DNA from: Octopus sinensis
Lineage: Eukaryota
Length of the DNA stretch: 64,000 nt
Reading direction: 5' to 3'
Assembly: GCF_006345805.1 (NCBI RefSeq)
Contig: NC_043000.1
Location: 140,120,001 to 140,184,000, forward strand
The notes under the pieces were generated by a model, which was not told the DNA's origin, did no database searches, and saw only the letters and a program-made list of their open reading frames with translations. The position numbers and the translations under genes are program-made. Below are positions 11,931 through 24,503 of the stretch, piece by piece; the stretch's first letter is position 1, and the number at the start of each line of letters is the position of its first letter.

Positions 11931-13242
11931 GTATAAATATGTAGATATGTATTTAGATATTTATACTTAAATAACTATGTATGTGTCTCATTCAAATTGT
12001 TTATGTATGTATATGTATATGTGTGTCAGCTTATGTGTTTTATGCATGTGTGCACACATATGTGTATACGTCTATATATATATAGACGTATGCACATGCT
12101 TGTATGTGTGTGTATATGCATAAGATTTAAGTATGCATATGTGTGTATGTATTCACTTACATACATTCGTATGAATATATTTATATTGTGTATATGTATG
12201 TATGTCTTGTTATATGTATTTATATGTGTGTATTTATATTTATGTGTATATAAACATATATATGTTTGTGTGTAGGTGCTAATGTTTACCTTTCTGTTGT
12301 ATATATGTGTATTAATAGGTATAACAGTGTACAGTTATGTGAGTTTCGCTGTGCATGTGATTCTTTGTAGGTGTGAGTAAGGTTTTAGTTTCACTACAGT
12401 TCATTGGGCTAGAAACTATTTTGAGATGTAGTTACAAAAAGTCATTAAAATTAAGGCCTATAAGTTTTTATGTGTGGTCCCTGGACCTTCTAGCTCTATT
12501 TGAAAATGAGTGTTGTTCAGTAGTATTTATTTGTTTAATTGTTATATCTCCAGCTCGCAGTACCCTATTTAATTAATTTATAATCAATTTTTTATACACA
12601 TTTTTCTATACACTCAAAGTTATTTATTTTTGTATATTTGCTATAACTACTTGATTCCCTCGTTTTATCCCTTCCTGCTTTTTGTTGATATTAACGGTGG
12701 TACAGTCCCACAACTTAGATATAGGACCTTAACTGAAATTTTTAATTTTACTGACCATAGCATGGCCGCAGTCTAATGACTGAAACAAGTGAAAAAATAA
12801 AAGAATAAACTAATAAGAAGCTAATTTTACCAAGCCTTAGTCTTCTATACATTGTATATATATATATACTTTTTATCTTATATACATATACTTTATATCT
12901 TATATTAAACATATTAATACTTTATGATAGTTATATATATTTAAAAAAAAATTTTAATTAAATTAAAATAAAATAAAAAATGTAAAAAATAAATAAATAA
13001 ATAAAAAATTAAATAATAAAAATTTATAAATATAAATTAATAATTTTAATTTTAATTTTAATTTTAAATAATTTTAATTTTAAATTTAAATAATTTTAAT
13101 TTTTTAATTTTATATTTTATATATTTTGTATATCATATTAATTATTTTTATTTTTATATTTTGGTTTATGTTTTTCACTGTTTGATTTGCCTAATAGTGG
13201 TTTAATCTCTAATTTAATTTATATATATATATATATATACGC

Positions 13243-13799
13243 GAATATAAGGGAGTGTCCGCTATGTGGTCGACTCTTGCGCTAAAAATAGATCCGCTAG
13301 GGTCTCAACCACCAAAAATTGTTTCCAGGGAGAATTAGCATAACTATTAACGTAAACGAGCAGGGCAAATGAAAAATAACAAAAATGTAGATTAATTCTA
13401 GACAATTGTTTCGCTATTAATGAATTATGCAATTTTGCTTACATAATATATCCATAGTTCATCAGTAGAATTCGTCTTGAATACAATTTACTAAACCGCA
13501 CGCTAGATTTTAACATAACGTCAAACAAACGTGTGGTTTAGTCGATTATATTCGCAGTTATGATTCGAATGCCCTCATTAAAGTGCGCCAATAATTCCGG
13601 AAACAAATACTGCATAAAAAATTTACTGCAGTATAATTAAAATAAAAAATAAGGGTGAAAAAATTGGATATTAATTTAATAATACCATCAATTTAACACT
13701 GGTTTTTATTGTATCCCTGGTTTTTATGCGCTAAGCCACTTTGTGTTAAATTGATGGTATTATTAAATTAATATCCAATTTTGTCACCCTTATTTTTTA
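13243..13799 (-). mobile_element. Single-unit diverged relative of the 535-bp HHR element, with a terminal inverted segment
   Basis: Co-linear similarity to the 4147-5645 unit (CAGGGCAAATGAAAAATAACAAAAAT, GACAATTGTTTCGCTATTAATGAATT, AATAAGGGTG), set between (TA)n tracts. Confidence 0.85.
13394..13472 (-). ncRNA. Type I hammerhead ribozyme (covariant paralog)
   Basis: AAUUCUA-CUGAUGA-ACUA-(38 nt)-UAGC-GAAA-CAAUUG-UC^UAGAAUU. Stem I is a perfect 7 bp; there is one A-C mismatch at the base of stem II. Confidence 0.85.
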
Positions 13800-14199
13800 T
13801 ATCTATATATATATAGAAAATTTTACATGCTCACTTAGAGTTGAATCGTTGGTATAAGCATGATGTCCTGACAATATCATGAGCAAACTTTCTTTACATT
13901 GTTTTGTGAATATACAATTGTATTACATAATGCATAGTATGCATATTAGTTCAGTTGTGTAAACATAATATCTTATACGCAGGACTTATTATCACATGAA
14001 GAAGGCTGTAAAGTAGTTATAATCCTAGAGATGTGAAGTGGTTAAATATATTCACCTGTCATATCTTCCGACTTTATATGGTTTATACACACACACACAC
14101 ACATATATATATGCATACATATACGTACATATATACATGTATGCATACATACATACATACATGTATGTATTTATGTATGTATATATTCAAATAGGATGA

Positions 14200-14593
14200 C
14201 ATGCCATGCTTGAGGAGACCTATTGAGTCAAATACATCAAAATCAAAAGGAATTTGTAGATGTGATCCCCGTGCCGGTGACACGTAAAGAGCACCATCCG
14301 AACGTGGCTGACGCCAGCGCCGCTTTGACTGGCTTCCGTGCCGGTGGCGCGTAAAAAGCACCACCCGATCGTGGTCGTTGCCAGCTCCCTCTAGCCCCTG
14401 TGCCGGTGGCAGGTAAAAAGCACCCACTACGCTCTCGAAGTGGTTAGCATTAGGAAGGACACCAGCTGTAGAAACACTGCCAGATCAGACTGGAGCCTGG
14501 TGCAGCCTCTTGGCTTGCCAGACCCCAGTCAAACCGTCCAACCCATGCCGGCATGGAAAACGGACTTTAAACGATGATGATGATGATGATGAT
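14200..14593 (+). mobile_element. RTE-type 3'-tail element (family C) with internal VNTR and (GAT)n tail
   Basis: Repeated GTGCCGGTGGC(A/G)CGTAAAAAGCACC units, then TTAGGAAGG...CCAACCCATG..GCATGGAAAACGGAC..AAACGATGATG. Confidence 0.85.
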
Positions 14594-15030
14594 ATTCATG
14601 CATACATAACAAGAATAATAATGCATTAAAACACATCTTCAACGCCATACATTGCTGACAATAGTTTCTATTTGCCAGCATATTTAGGTACAGATAAAAT
14701 GTTTAAAATATCAGTCAAATTAATATAAATGAAAATGTACGCTAACACAATGTTATTAAGGCAATGCAAAATTGGTCAAATACAAAGTGACCTACGTAAA
14801 TATTTCTGATAACTGAACGCGTACAAAAAGAATATTAAGAAGAAATATATTCTAAGAACAGCCAATTAGTTAACGAAATATAACAATTTTTATTAATATT
14901 ATGCATATTGGCTTATATGAAACGATATAATTAATGGGTTATTCAGTTTTGAGATATTCAAATTTTCTTCTATATTTATGAGAGCATTTCAATATAAAGT
15001 TATCTTTTCAATTTAAAAAATACTAATTTT

Positions 15031-15600
15031 CTTTCGTCAGTTGAGTTCCAGATTAGATTTGCAGTTTCGGCTGGTTATACTCGAGACTGTCCCAATTTAG
15101 CCAGCCCCAAGGAAAATCTAAGCTAAGAGCACTAGATTCCTTAGAAGAAAGCAGCGAATGTATACGAAAACAAGGACGGGATAAAACGGAGAAATGGTAC
15201 ACAAATTCAAATGCAAACAACAGCACATTAATAACAGGTGTCTTTCGACTATGGAGGAATTGAATTAAGCTGGTGTGTGTGGAAGTAAAGCCTTACGGGA
15301 GAGACATGAGATGACAGGTTTGAGAAGGAATACAGATGTTGCACGGATGGTAGCTGAACCAGGAAATAGAGGTCAGGCTTGGCCGAACAGCAGTCACGTG
15401 GAAGGAGAGGAGAGAGGTAGAGGCAGAGGGATAAAAATTAGGGAATGATGAGAAAAAAGAAGAGGGGCAGGGTGAAGTGAAAGAGGAGGAAGGTGAGAAT
15501 AAAGGGAAGGCCAGGAAATGTGAGAGACGGAGGAGAGAAAGAAATAAAAGAGGCAAGAACGAAGTAAGTGTGAAGGGGCTGATAAAAGGAAAGAAAGAAT
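15031..15600. mobile_element. Unclassified interspersed repeat with purine-rich tail (possibly PLE-derived)
   Basis: CpG-containing segment with hammerhead-like pieces; a short inverted partial match lies at ~12655-12725. Confidence 0.35.
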
Positions 15601-15664
15601 GAAATTTCTGTATTCATTATTATATACATATAGCGGTGTACATACACTTTGGTCTCTTATAGCT

Positions 15665-15709
<45 letters not shown>

Positions 15710-15710
15710 A

Positions 15711-15938
15711 AGGCGACGAGCTGGCAGAAACGTTAGCACGCCGGGCGAAATGCGTTACTGTATTTCGTCTGCCGTTACGTTGCGAGTTCAAATTCCGCCA
15801 AGGTCGACTTTGCCTTTCAACCTTCCGGGGTCGATAAATTAAGTACCAGTTACGCACTGGGGTCGATGTAATTGACTTAATCCCTTTGTCTGTCCTTGTT
15901 TGTCTCCTCTGTGTTTAGCCCCTTGTGGGTAGTAAAGA

Positions 15939-15941
<3 letters not shown>
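15711..15941 (+). mobile_element. tRNA-derived SINE family B (conserved central domain GCCTTTCATCCTTTCGGGGTCGATAAA, Meta/Deu-like)
   Basis: Head GAGCTGGCAGAAACGTTAGC, B box GAGTTCAAATTCC and tail GGGTAGTAAAGAAAT. Confidence 0.9.
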
Positions 15942-15970
<29 letters not shown>

Positions 15971-15990
15971 CATACACATATATTTAACTA

Positions 15991-16112
<122 letters not shown>

Positions 16113-16840
16113 AACTAGTGTGAGAGCTGGTATTTGCCAGTTTGAGAATTGCTGATTTGAAGAATACTTTGTACATATAAAAGTCTGACATAATGAATGA
16201 TCACAGAAGCCCTCCTAGACACAGTTTGTTTATTATTTTTTATTAGATTACACATATGTTTAATGCCATTTAAAATTAAACGTCATTTAACTGTTGTTCT
16301 TCTTACTGTTGCTGTTGTGAAGGTTCATACTGATCCCTACACCAGCAGCATTATGATCAAAGTTGCTTTTCAGTAGTGATGAGCATGTTTTTTTTGTTTT
16401 TGTTAAACAGATAATATAAGGAAGAACATTACTGAATATGACTGTCTCGAAGAGTGTGATTTGTGTGATATTTGCTTGATATTTCTAGCAGAATGAGAAA
16501 GCCAAAATGTATAAGTTAGCAGGGCTTGTCATTTAAATCATTTCGCCTTTACTGGTTTTAGTCATTGGATTGCAACCATGTTGGAACACCACATTCAAAG
16601 GTTTTAGTTGATTGCATCAAAGCCACCAATACCTATTTCACTTTGATAGATACTTTAACGATCTACCTTTCTTAAAAAGTTTTCTGATCTAAAGGGATGC
16701 ACCTTAATACACAACTTTACACTGGAACACACAAAATTTATATACCCACAAATATAAAAATACAAATACACTTACTTACACATATATACATACATGTACT
16801 CATGCAAACATACATACATGCACACATATATTTCACTGGT

Positions 16841-17005
16841 ATTTCGTCTGCCGTTACATTGTGAGTTCAAATTCCGCCGAGGTCGACTTTGCCTTTCATC
16901 CTTTCGGGGTCGATAAATTAAGTACCAGTAACGCACTGGGGTCGATGTAATCGATTTAATCCCTTTGTCTGTCCTTGTTTGGCCCCTTGTGGGTAGTAAA
17001 GAAAT
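16841..17005 (+). mobile_element. 5'-truncated SINE family B with 15-bp TSD
   Basis: Flanked by ATATATTTCACTGGT at 16826-16840 and 17006-17020. Confidence 0.9.
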
Positions 17006-18123
17006 ATATATTTCACTGGTTTATTCCTGTATTTGTTCCAGCCAAAAGTTTATACCCATACTGGGGGTATTGCTTATTTTCTGTCCACGAGATTCAGTTC
17101 ACAAGGCGTTTTTGTCAATCTGAGGTGTAACATGAGACAATGTTTAAAACCATGAGAACAAACCTAGAATTATACGGTTCTGCACCAAACTTTCTAACCA
17201 CATAGCTATGACAACACCTGATTGTTAAAACAAAACAATAAATAAGCAAATAACACAACAAAAACAACAACAACAACAATAACGATATAAAATAATAGTT
17301 GTCAAGTGAACAAAAATGTAAAATCTTTCAAAAATTTTAACTAAGAATGCATATTGGAATATAGAGAATGACAAAAATAGCCTGAAACAATTAATTCTGA
17401 GACGCAATAAAAGTCAGAAAATGGAGAGATATATTCCAATTTACATTTATATGCACTTCAACACACAAATATATATACATATGTATATATAACATTTATA
17501 TTCATACACATACAGATAGATATCTCCACACATATATATACATAAAATCTCTCTCTCAAGCACACACAAGTGCGTGTATGTGTGTATGCATAACCTACAT
17601 AAGTACATACAAATATGTATGTGCAATGACACATACAGAGATATTGTATGCATATATATATACTTATATAACTGTATGCGTTTTATACATTTCTTAATGT
17701 ATTTTTTTAATATATTTTTGTAAACATTCAAACTTAATTTTTTTTTATTGTCATTTCAGTATTGATTCTCTCTTATACACTTCAATGATTTATATTTAAA
17801 CACACTTCAATTATTTTTTGGTTTTACATACACACATAAATTCTACACATATTTGCATGTATATGTACATGAGTAGTCATGTATAATATATATGTATATG
17901 TCTGTTTACCTCTATTTATGTAAATATATGTGTGTATCTGCATGTGTATGCCTACATATCAAATTTAATCACATGTCTGATAGATGCATGTACACATACA
18001 TAACTACATGCATTCACTATCTTTTCATTTCTATATACACAAGCATACATGTACATTAGGGGAGCAAGAGAATATACATATTGTTCACGACTAAGTATGT
18101 ATATATATATATATATATATATA

Positions 18124-18126
18124 GAT

Positions 18127-18201
<75 letters not shown>
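18124..18201. repeat. (GATA)n microsatellite
   Basis: Directly visible. Confidence 0.95.
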
Positions 18202-18224
18202 CATGACATATAATCATACATATA

Positions 18225-18420
18225 TAAATACATACACACAAACATATATTTGTATATATGTGTATATGTGTAAATATATACATACATATATAGATACACA
18301 CACACAAACATATATTTGTATATATGTATATAAGTGTAAATATATACATACATATATAGATACACACACACAAACATATATTTGTATATATGTATATAAG
18401 TGTAAATATATACATACATA
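18225..18420. repeat. ~66-bp minisatellite, about 3 copies
   Basis: ACACAAACATATATTTGTATATATGT...GTGTAAATATATACATACATATATAGAT repeated; the ORF track shows a 22-aa periodicity. Confidence 0.85.
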
Positions 18421-18453
<33 letters not shown>

Positions 18454-18865
18454 CATTACTTTTATTTCAATAATGTGAATAAGTTTTTTGTTTTTTTGTT
18501 TTATCAGGGATGTTGATGTTTGCATATATATGTGCATTATTCATTTTTTTTTTGGCATATATTTACTTTTACTATTAAAACAAAACAAAAAAAAACAACA
18601 AAAAACAAAATCAAATTCAGTTAGTGTTCTTAAAATGATATTTACCATGGACAATGAAACCCAAGAGAGCAGTCATAGCAAAGAGATAAATTCTTAAAGT
18701 TGAGACATGGTAAATACTGTAAAATAATCTGTTTAGAATGTCTGATAAAACAGAGTTTATTGGAAGATTCAGAGTATGAGTAAGTTTGGATGATAGGTAT
18801 GTAGTTTGATAGGCAGACTACTACACATATATACATATATATATCTTTTATCTTTTCTCTTAAAC

Positions 18866-19045
18866 TTGTTTCAGTCATTAGACTGCAGCCATGCTGGGGC
18901 ACTGTCACGTAGGGTTTTGGTCAAAATAATTGCCCTCGTACTTATTTTCTTTTCCAAGCCGAACTGCTGAGTTATGGAGATGTAAACACACCAACACTGG
19001 TTGTCAACTGGTGATAGGGGACACACACAGACACATACATACGTG
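18866..19045 (-). mobile_element. SINE family A 3' half, diverged
   Basis: TTGTTTCAGTCATTAGACTGCAGCCATGCTGG...GTAAACACACCAACACTGGTTGTCAA. Confidence 0.8.
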
Positions 19046-19065
19046 AATGTGCACACACACACACA

Positions 19066-19100
<35 letters not shown>

Positions 19101-19158
19101 GTACACACACACACACACACCCACACACCCACACACACACACACACATATATAATATA

Positions 19159-19191
<33 letters not shown>

Positions 19192-19195
<4 letters not shown>

Positions 19196-19385
19196 GAAGA
19201 ATTCACAAAAAGAAAACAAAAGAAGACAGGTGGTGTAGACAACAAACAGATGTATTAGTTTAACACTCGGGAAGTGAAAAAGTCTTTAATGTTTCGAGCC
19301 TACGTTCCTCCGCAGAAGGAACACAGAAAGAAACAAGGAGAGAAAATGAAGAATGTGTAGTGGCTAGCGATCTATCATGACGAAT
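19192..19385 (-). mobile_element. Short (TA)-flanked element containing a decayed minimal HHR (19282-19319)
   Basis: Minus strand reads UCCUU-CUGCGGA-G-GAAC-GUAG-GCUC-GAAA-CAUU-AAAGA. Confidence 0.5.
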
Positions 19386-19392
19386 ATATATA

Positions 19393-19515
19393 TAGCTCTT
19401 CAACTGCCCAGCAACTGGGTAGCTCTTCAACTGCCCAGCTCCTGTCAAACTGTCCAACCCATACCAGCATGGAAAATGGACATTAAATGATGATGATGAT
19501 GATGATGATGATGAT
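19393..19515 (+). mobile_element. Family C tail fragment
   Basis: CTGTCCAACCCATACCAGCATGGAAAATGGACATTAAATGATGATG. Confidence 0.8.
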
Positions 19516-19531
19516 ATATATATATAATATA

Positions 19532-19976
19532 TATTATTCAAAGGAATTCCAACTCTGTCTGTTTTGTATGTTTTATTTATATTACTTATAATATTAATGT
19601 AGGATATAGAATATATAATGTATATAGTAAAATGAAATGAATTATTGATTGTCTTATTGAATATATGGAATATTGAATATCAAATATTAAGGGACTAGTA
19701 TACTTTCTTGCATTAAAGCTGTCTTCAATGTCCCAGGTTGTGACAGGAAACACTCCATCACAATCTGGGACCTTGAAAACTGCTTTAATGCAAGAAAGTA
19801 TACTAGTCCCTTAATATTTGATATTCAATATTTCATTTATTTAATAAGACAATCAATACTTCATCTCATTTTACTATATATATTATTTATACTATATATA
19901 TTCTATATCCTACATTAATATTATAAAGAATATAAATAAAACATAAAAAACAGAGTTGGAATTCTTTTGAATAATA
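19532..19976. mobile_element. ~445-bp foldback palindrome (MITE-like) in TA context
   Basis: Arms of ~200 bp: TATTATTCAAAGGAATTCCAACTCTG / CAGAGTTGGAATTCTTTTGAATAATA at the ends, and AATATCAAATATTAAGGGACTAGTATACTTTCTTGCATTAAAGC with its exact reverse complement internally. Confidence 0.85.
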
Positions 19977-20853
19977 TATATCCCTCTATACACAATCATA
20001 CAAACCCCTTTATATATATGTATATATATACACTCACATGCACAGATGCTCATACCAACACACACAGACACACTCACTCACACACACACACACTCACACT
20101 TTTTTTCTCTCATCAAAATTGGAGGCAAGTACAACACTTCCATGAAGTATGCATATGCTTTAATACTTGTGAAGATCTCTTCATGTAAAAACCATTGGTT
20201 TCTTCGTTAGCCCACGAATAAAGAATATTCATTTACGAATTCTTGTGTTGAACACTCATTCTCTCTAATCAATATTAGTATGTATGTAAATGTGTGTGTG
20301 TGCGTGTGTGAATGCAAAAGATAATGGTTTATTTGTGTAATTAAGAAGTTTACTTCACAACTGCATAGATTCTGGTTTGGTTACATTTTGTGGTAATTTC
20401 AGCAGTTTTCTTTTTCTCCAGCCCAGGGCAAATCAAAGCCTTTTGTGTGAATATGGCATACAAAACCTACAAGAAACACTTATGTTCTTTTCTATTAACA
20501 AAATTTCCCTCCCATCATATAACAGCATGTGTGTATGTGTGTGTGTGTGTGTGTGTGTCTGCATGTGCCTGTGTGTGCACGCTTGTTTTGATGTATATTC
20601 CATTCTTCTTGGTTTGTACACACTGACTGTAAACAAAGAATCACATTTCATACACATATTTTCTTATGTCTGCAATCATCCATAAACTTATATCCAGGCT
20701 GTGCATTGTCCAAAATACAATAAGAAATTGTGTCTTAAGAATGTCTCATCTTGCTTGTCAATTATTACAAGGAAGTGGATCAGATAGAATTTGTGAGGCA
20801 GATTTTCTACTGCTAGAAATCCTTCCTGTCATCAACCTACATTTCCTTTCAAC

Positions 20854-20891
<38 letters not shown>

Positions 20892-20908
20892 GACAGAGAG
20901 AGAGTTAT

Positions 20909-20954
<46 letters not shown>

Positions 20955-21119
20955 TTTGAGGGAATATTATTCCTAACTTACAGGAAAATTCAATTTAGAA
21001 ATACTAAATCAAATTTCACAAAATATATTATATATATATAGGTGGTGCTATTAAGTTAGGACATGGCCTGGACCAATCTTTGGTCGAAACATATCTAAGT
21101 TTATCTAAATTTATTTATA

Positions 21120-21163
<44 letters not shown>

Positions 21164-21329
21164 ATAAATAAATTAGAAAAAAAACACCTTTTATCAATTC
21201 AAAATGAACAATTAAATTACACCCTCTAGAAATTACATATAATAGAAATATTAAAATTAAAATAACTATAATATACCGATGATTAAGTAAATTACAAAAT
21301 AATAATAAAAACGTATATACTTGGTAGAA

Positions 21330-21433
21330 TAACGATACGTGTTTCGTGGCTATCTTTAAGAAATGATTATAGTAAAAACATAAATAGTAGTAGTAAAATC
21401 ACTTCGATATAAATATAGCCACTCATCAGGTTA
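21330..21433 (-). ncRNA. Type I hammerhead ribozyme (long loop II family 2)
   Basis: UAAC-CUGAUGA-GUGGCUAU-(61 nt)-AUAGCCAC-GAAA-CACGUA-UC^GUUA. Stem II is 8 bp and stem III is one mismatch from a palindrome. Confidence 0.75.
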
Positions 21434-21705
21434 AAAATAAACTAGAATAATAAAATAATTAATTAATAAATATACTTTAAATATACATATATATATATAT
21501 ATATAATAATATATATATATATAAGATACTAAATATACATTAAGTGAAAACTAAAAACAATACTTAAATTATTCAATACTTTAAAATTAATTAATATACA
21601 CAATGCTAGTACCAGCCATTATATTTTAATCAAAATAAGAATGGTTGAAATACAGACAAATATAAGGTAACTATATAATTAATATATATGTGTAGTATCT
21701 AAATG

Positions 21706-21760
<55 letters not shown>

Positions 21761-23677
21761 ATATCCATTTATACATATCAATATACCTCTGTATTGGACC
21801 TATACCACATTTCCTATTTCTTAATAGAATGCCTTCACATCAACAAACAAACAATGAATTATGTTGTTATTTAAAAAAGTGGGAAGCTGGTGAGACATAT
21901 ACACTGCAAAACTCTAGTGTGTTATACTGAGATGGCAAAACCTACCACAGAGCTCAGTATAGTAATATGCAGAAAGATTTATCACCCATGAAATCTAACT
22001 TTGGTATGATTCCTGAAAGTACGTATCATTTAGTATAAAGTTATTTTTTGCTTCAGATAAAACTAATAACAACTATGAAGTAGATAATGACAAATGTAAC
22101 AAATTATGAAATGGTAACAGACTAAGAATTTAAAGCAGACAGACAATATGATTAAGTATGACATCAATAGAGAAGGAAAATTCATTATCAAAAAATGTAA
22201 GATAAACAACAGAAAAGAATCTCTAGTTAAAAAGATAGAGATAAGTTTTTTAAGATCAAACAGTAGACTTTTTGAACAAACTAAACTGTAAACTAATAAA
22301 CTCAGCTAAAGAGAGATAAGACTAATTAAGGAAAAGGTACTAAGAAATATAAACAACAAATTAGGAAGATAAATATGCTCCAAAACTATGTCACAAACAA
22401 TGCATTTATTAACTAGTTTCAAAATACAGAAATATGTAGAGTTATTTCACACAATTCAAAATCTTGGAGTTCTAGATTTTAATATGGAAACTCTATTGAT
22501 CTAGGATAGAGAATTAACCAGGAGAAATGTCAGTCTCAATGAACCAAATACTGAGATAAGCAAGTGTATATGAAACCCTAAACATTTGATAAAATGTTTA
22601 CCTTGGTCAACAAGCTATGAACTGGTATACCTAGTTCACATGATTGTTTTGTTTGACAGTGCTGACATACTATATTTATTTCAGTCTAAATTCTCAAATC
22701 ACAATATTGGCCACACACAAAATACCTTCACAAAAATTGCATAAATTTGTTTCAAAGCAAAGGAATTAAATTACAGTAACAAAAAATAATTTCCTAACTG
22801 AATGTATAGACCTTGATCTCAATGCTTAAAAGTTTTTCATAAACTAAGCAAAACAGTTACATGTGTATAAGCAGTCCTGTTACCATCAACCCTTTATTTA
22901 ATGTTATTACAAGAGTGTCTAACTTCTTCTCTAAAGAGATTTTCGACAGAGCATCACCTTAAAAGAAGAAGGTCTTTGGAAATAGAGGCATCAAAAACAG
23001 TACTATACACTCCACAAAACATGCAATCAAAATTAATGTATAGCAAACAAAGCAATGAGATTTGCTTCTAATTTTTTGCTGAGTGTTAAGTGTAACTTAT
23101 GAAAAACATTTCCTGAGCTTTGTGGATTTATGGAAATTTTTGATAGACATTCTGTAAGAATAAGTAACAGTTTTAAGTATCATTATAAAGGCAATCATGT
23201 CATATAGATTCAACAATTAGATCCTCTCAGACTGCTCGTGAACAAATGCAGAAGCTTGCTCGTTAAATCAGGCATGCAAGTTAAAGTCAGAAATGCATGA
23301 AGCTGAAGTAACTGCAAGGACACTAGACTACCAAAAGTGGAAAGTAGCAGAGAGAGAATGTTCAACGAAAGGTATTACAATAATGGGGAATATGTCTGCA
23401 ACACAGTAGTAAAAGAAATTCCTTGATGCTTGTCAACTACACCTAGAAAACGATACACTAGAACAGTAAGCACAATGTTAAATGGAAAGACCTCAAAAGA
23501 CAGAAATCAATTCCAAACACATTGAGAAAACGACTTTGAAAAGAGAAAAGAACATTCCCTTGCACCCTCTCCCGTATAGGTGTGTATATATGTGTAAGTG
23601 TGTGTTTTGTGTGTGAGTATATGTCTTTGTAAGTGTGTTTGAATATGTATACACACACTCTCACATACACTCATATA

Positions 23678-24076
23678 CTTTACCTACTTTTACTTTTACT
23701 TGTTTCAGTCATTTGACTGCGGCCATGCTGGAGCACCACCTTTAGTCGAGCAAATCCACCCCGGGACTTATTCTTTGTAAGCCCAGTACTTATTCTATCA
23801 GTCTCTTTTGCCGAACCGCTAAGTGACGGAGACATAAACACACCAGCATCAGTTGTCAAGCAATGCTAGGGGGACAAACACACACACACATATATATATA
23901 TATACATATATACGACAGGCTTCTTTCAGTTTCCGTCTACCAAATCCACTCACAAGGCATTGGTCAGCCCGGGCCTATAGTAGAAGACACTTGCCCAAGT
24001 TGCTATGCAGTGGGAATGAACCGGCAATCATGTGGTTGGTAAGCAAGCTACTTACCACACAGCCACTCCTGCACCT
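23678..24076 (-). mobile_element. Full-length tRNA/CORE SINE family A (octopus OR-type by inference)
   Basis: tRNA-like head, CORE-like TTGGGCAAGTGTCTTCT, internal (TA)/(CA) tract and TAAAAG tail. Confidence 0.9.
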
Positions 24077-24452
24077 ATATATGTATTCATTATTTCTTTT
24101 AGCTGTTTCAGTCAATATCAATCAATCTTAGTTATGCCAGCTGAGCAGAACATAGTTTAACGAGGAGTTTAATAAGACAGAAATATGTCTGTTGCTTCCG
24201 CTCATTGGCTTAAAGACCAGACCAACTTCCATATTGCATTTCTCATACACTTTCCATAAATTTCAATGAAGTGATTTCAATGGAGTAATTAATATCAAAT
24301 TTCAATTTTAGAACCTAAACAAACCTAAAAGATTTGTCTGCTAATAACATGGATAGGCCTAATTAATCTAAGATCGACAGCTAACTATATTATTGCATAT
24401 ATGAAACACTAATGCATTTGCGTGAGCATATGTAAGTAAGCATATATGTATA

Positions 24453-24503
<51 letters not shown>

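Noticed and set aside
21040-21100. GACCA/UGGUC-GAAACAUAUC, HHR-like half
   Set aside because: No recognisable CUGANGA core or clean stem I upstream; at best a ghost.
21990-23450. A-rich stretch resembling a decayed LINE or exon (DPLRLLVNKCRSLLVK)
   Set aside because: No sustained reading frame or diagnostic motif series.
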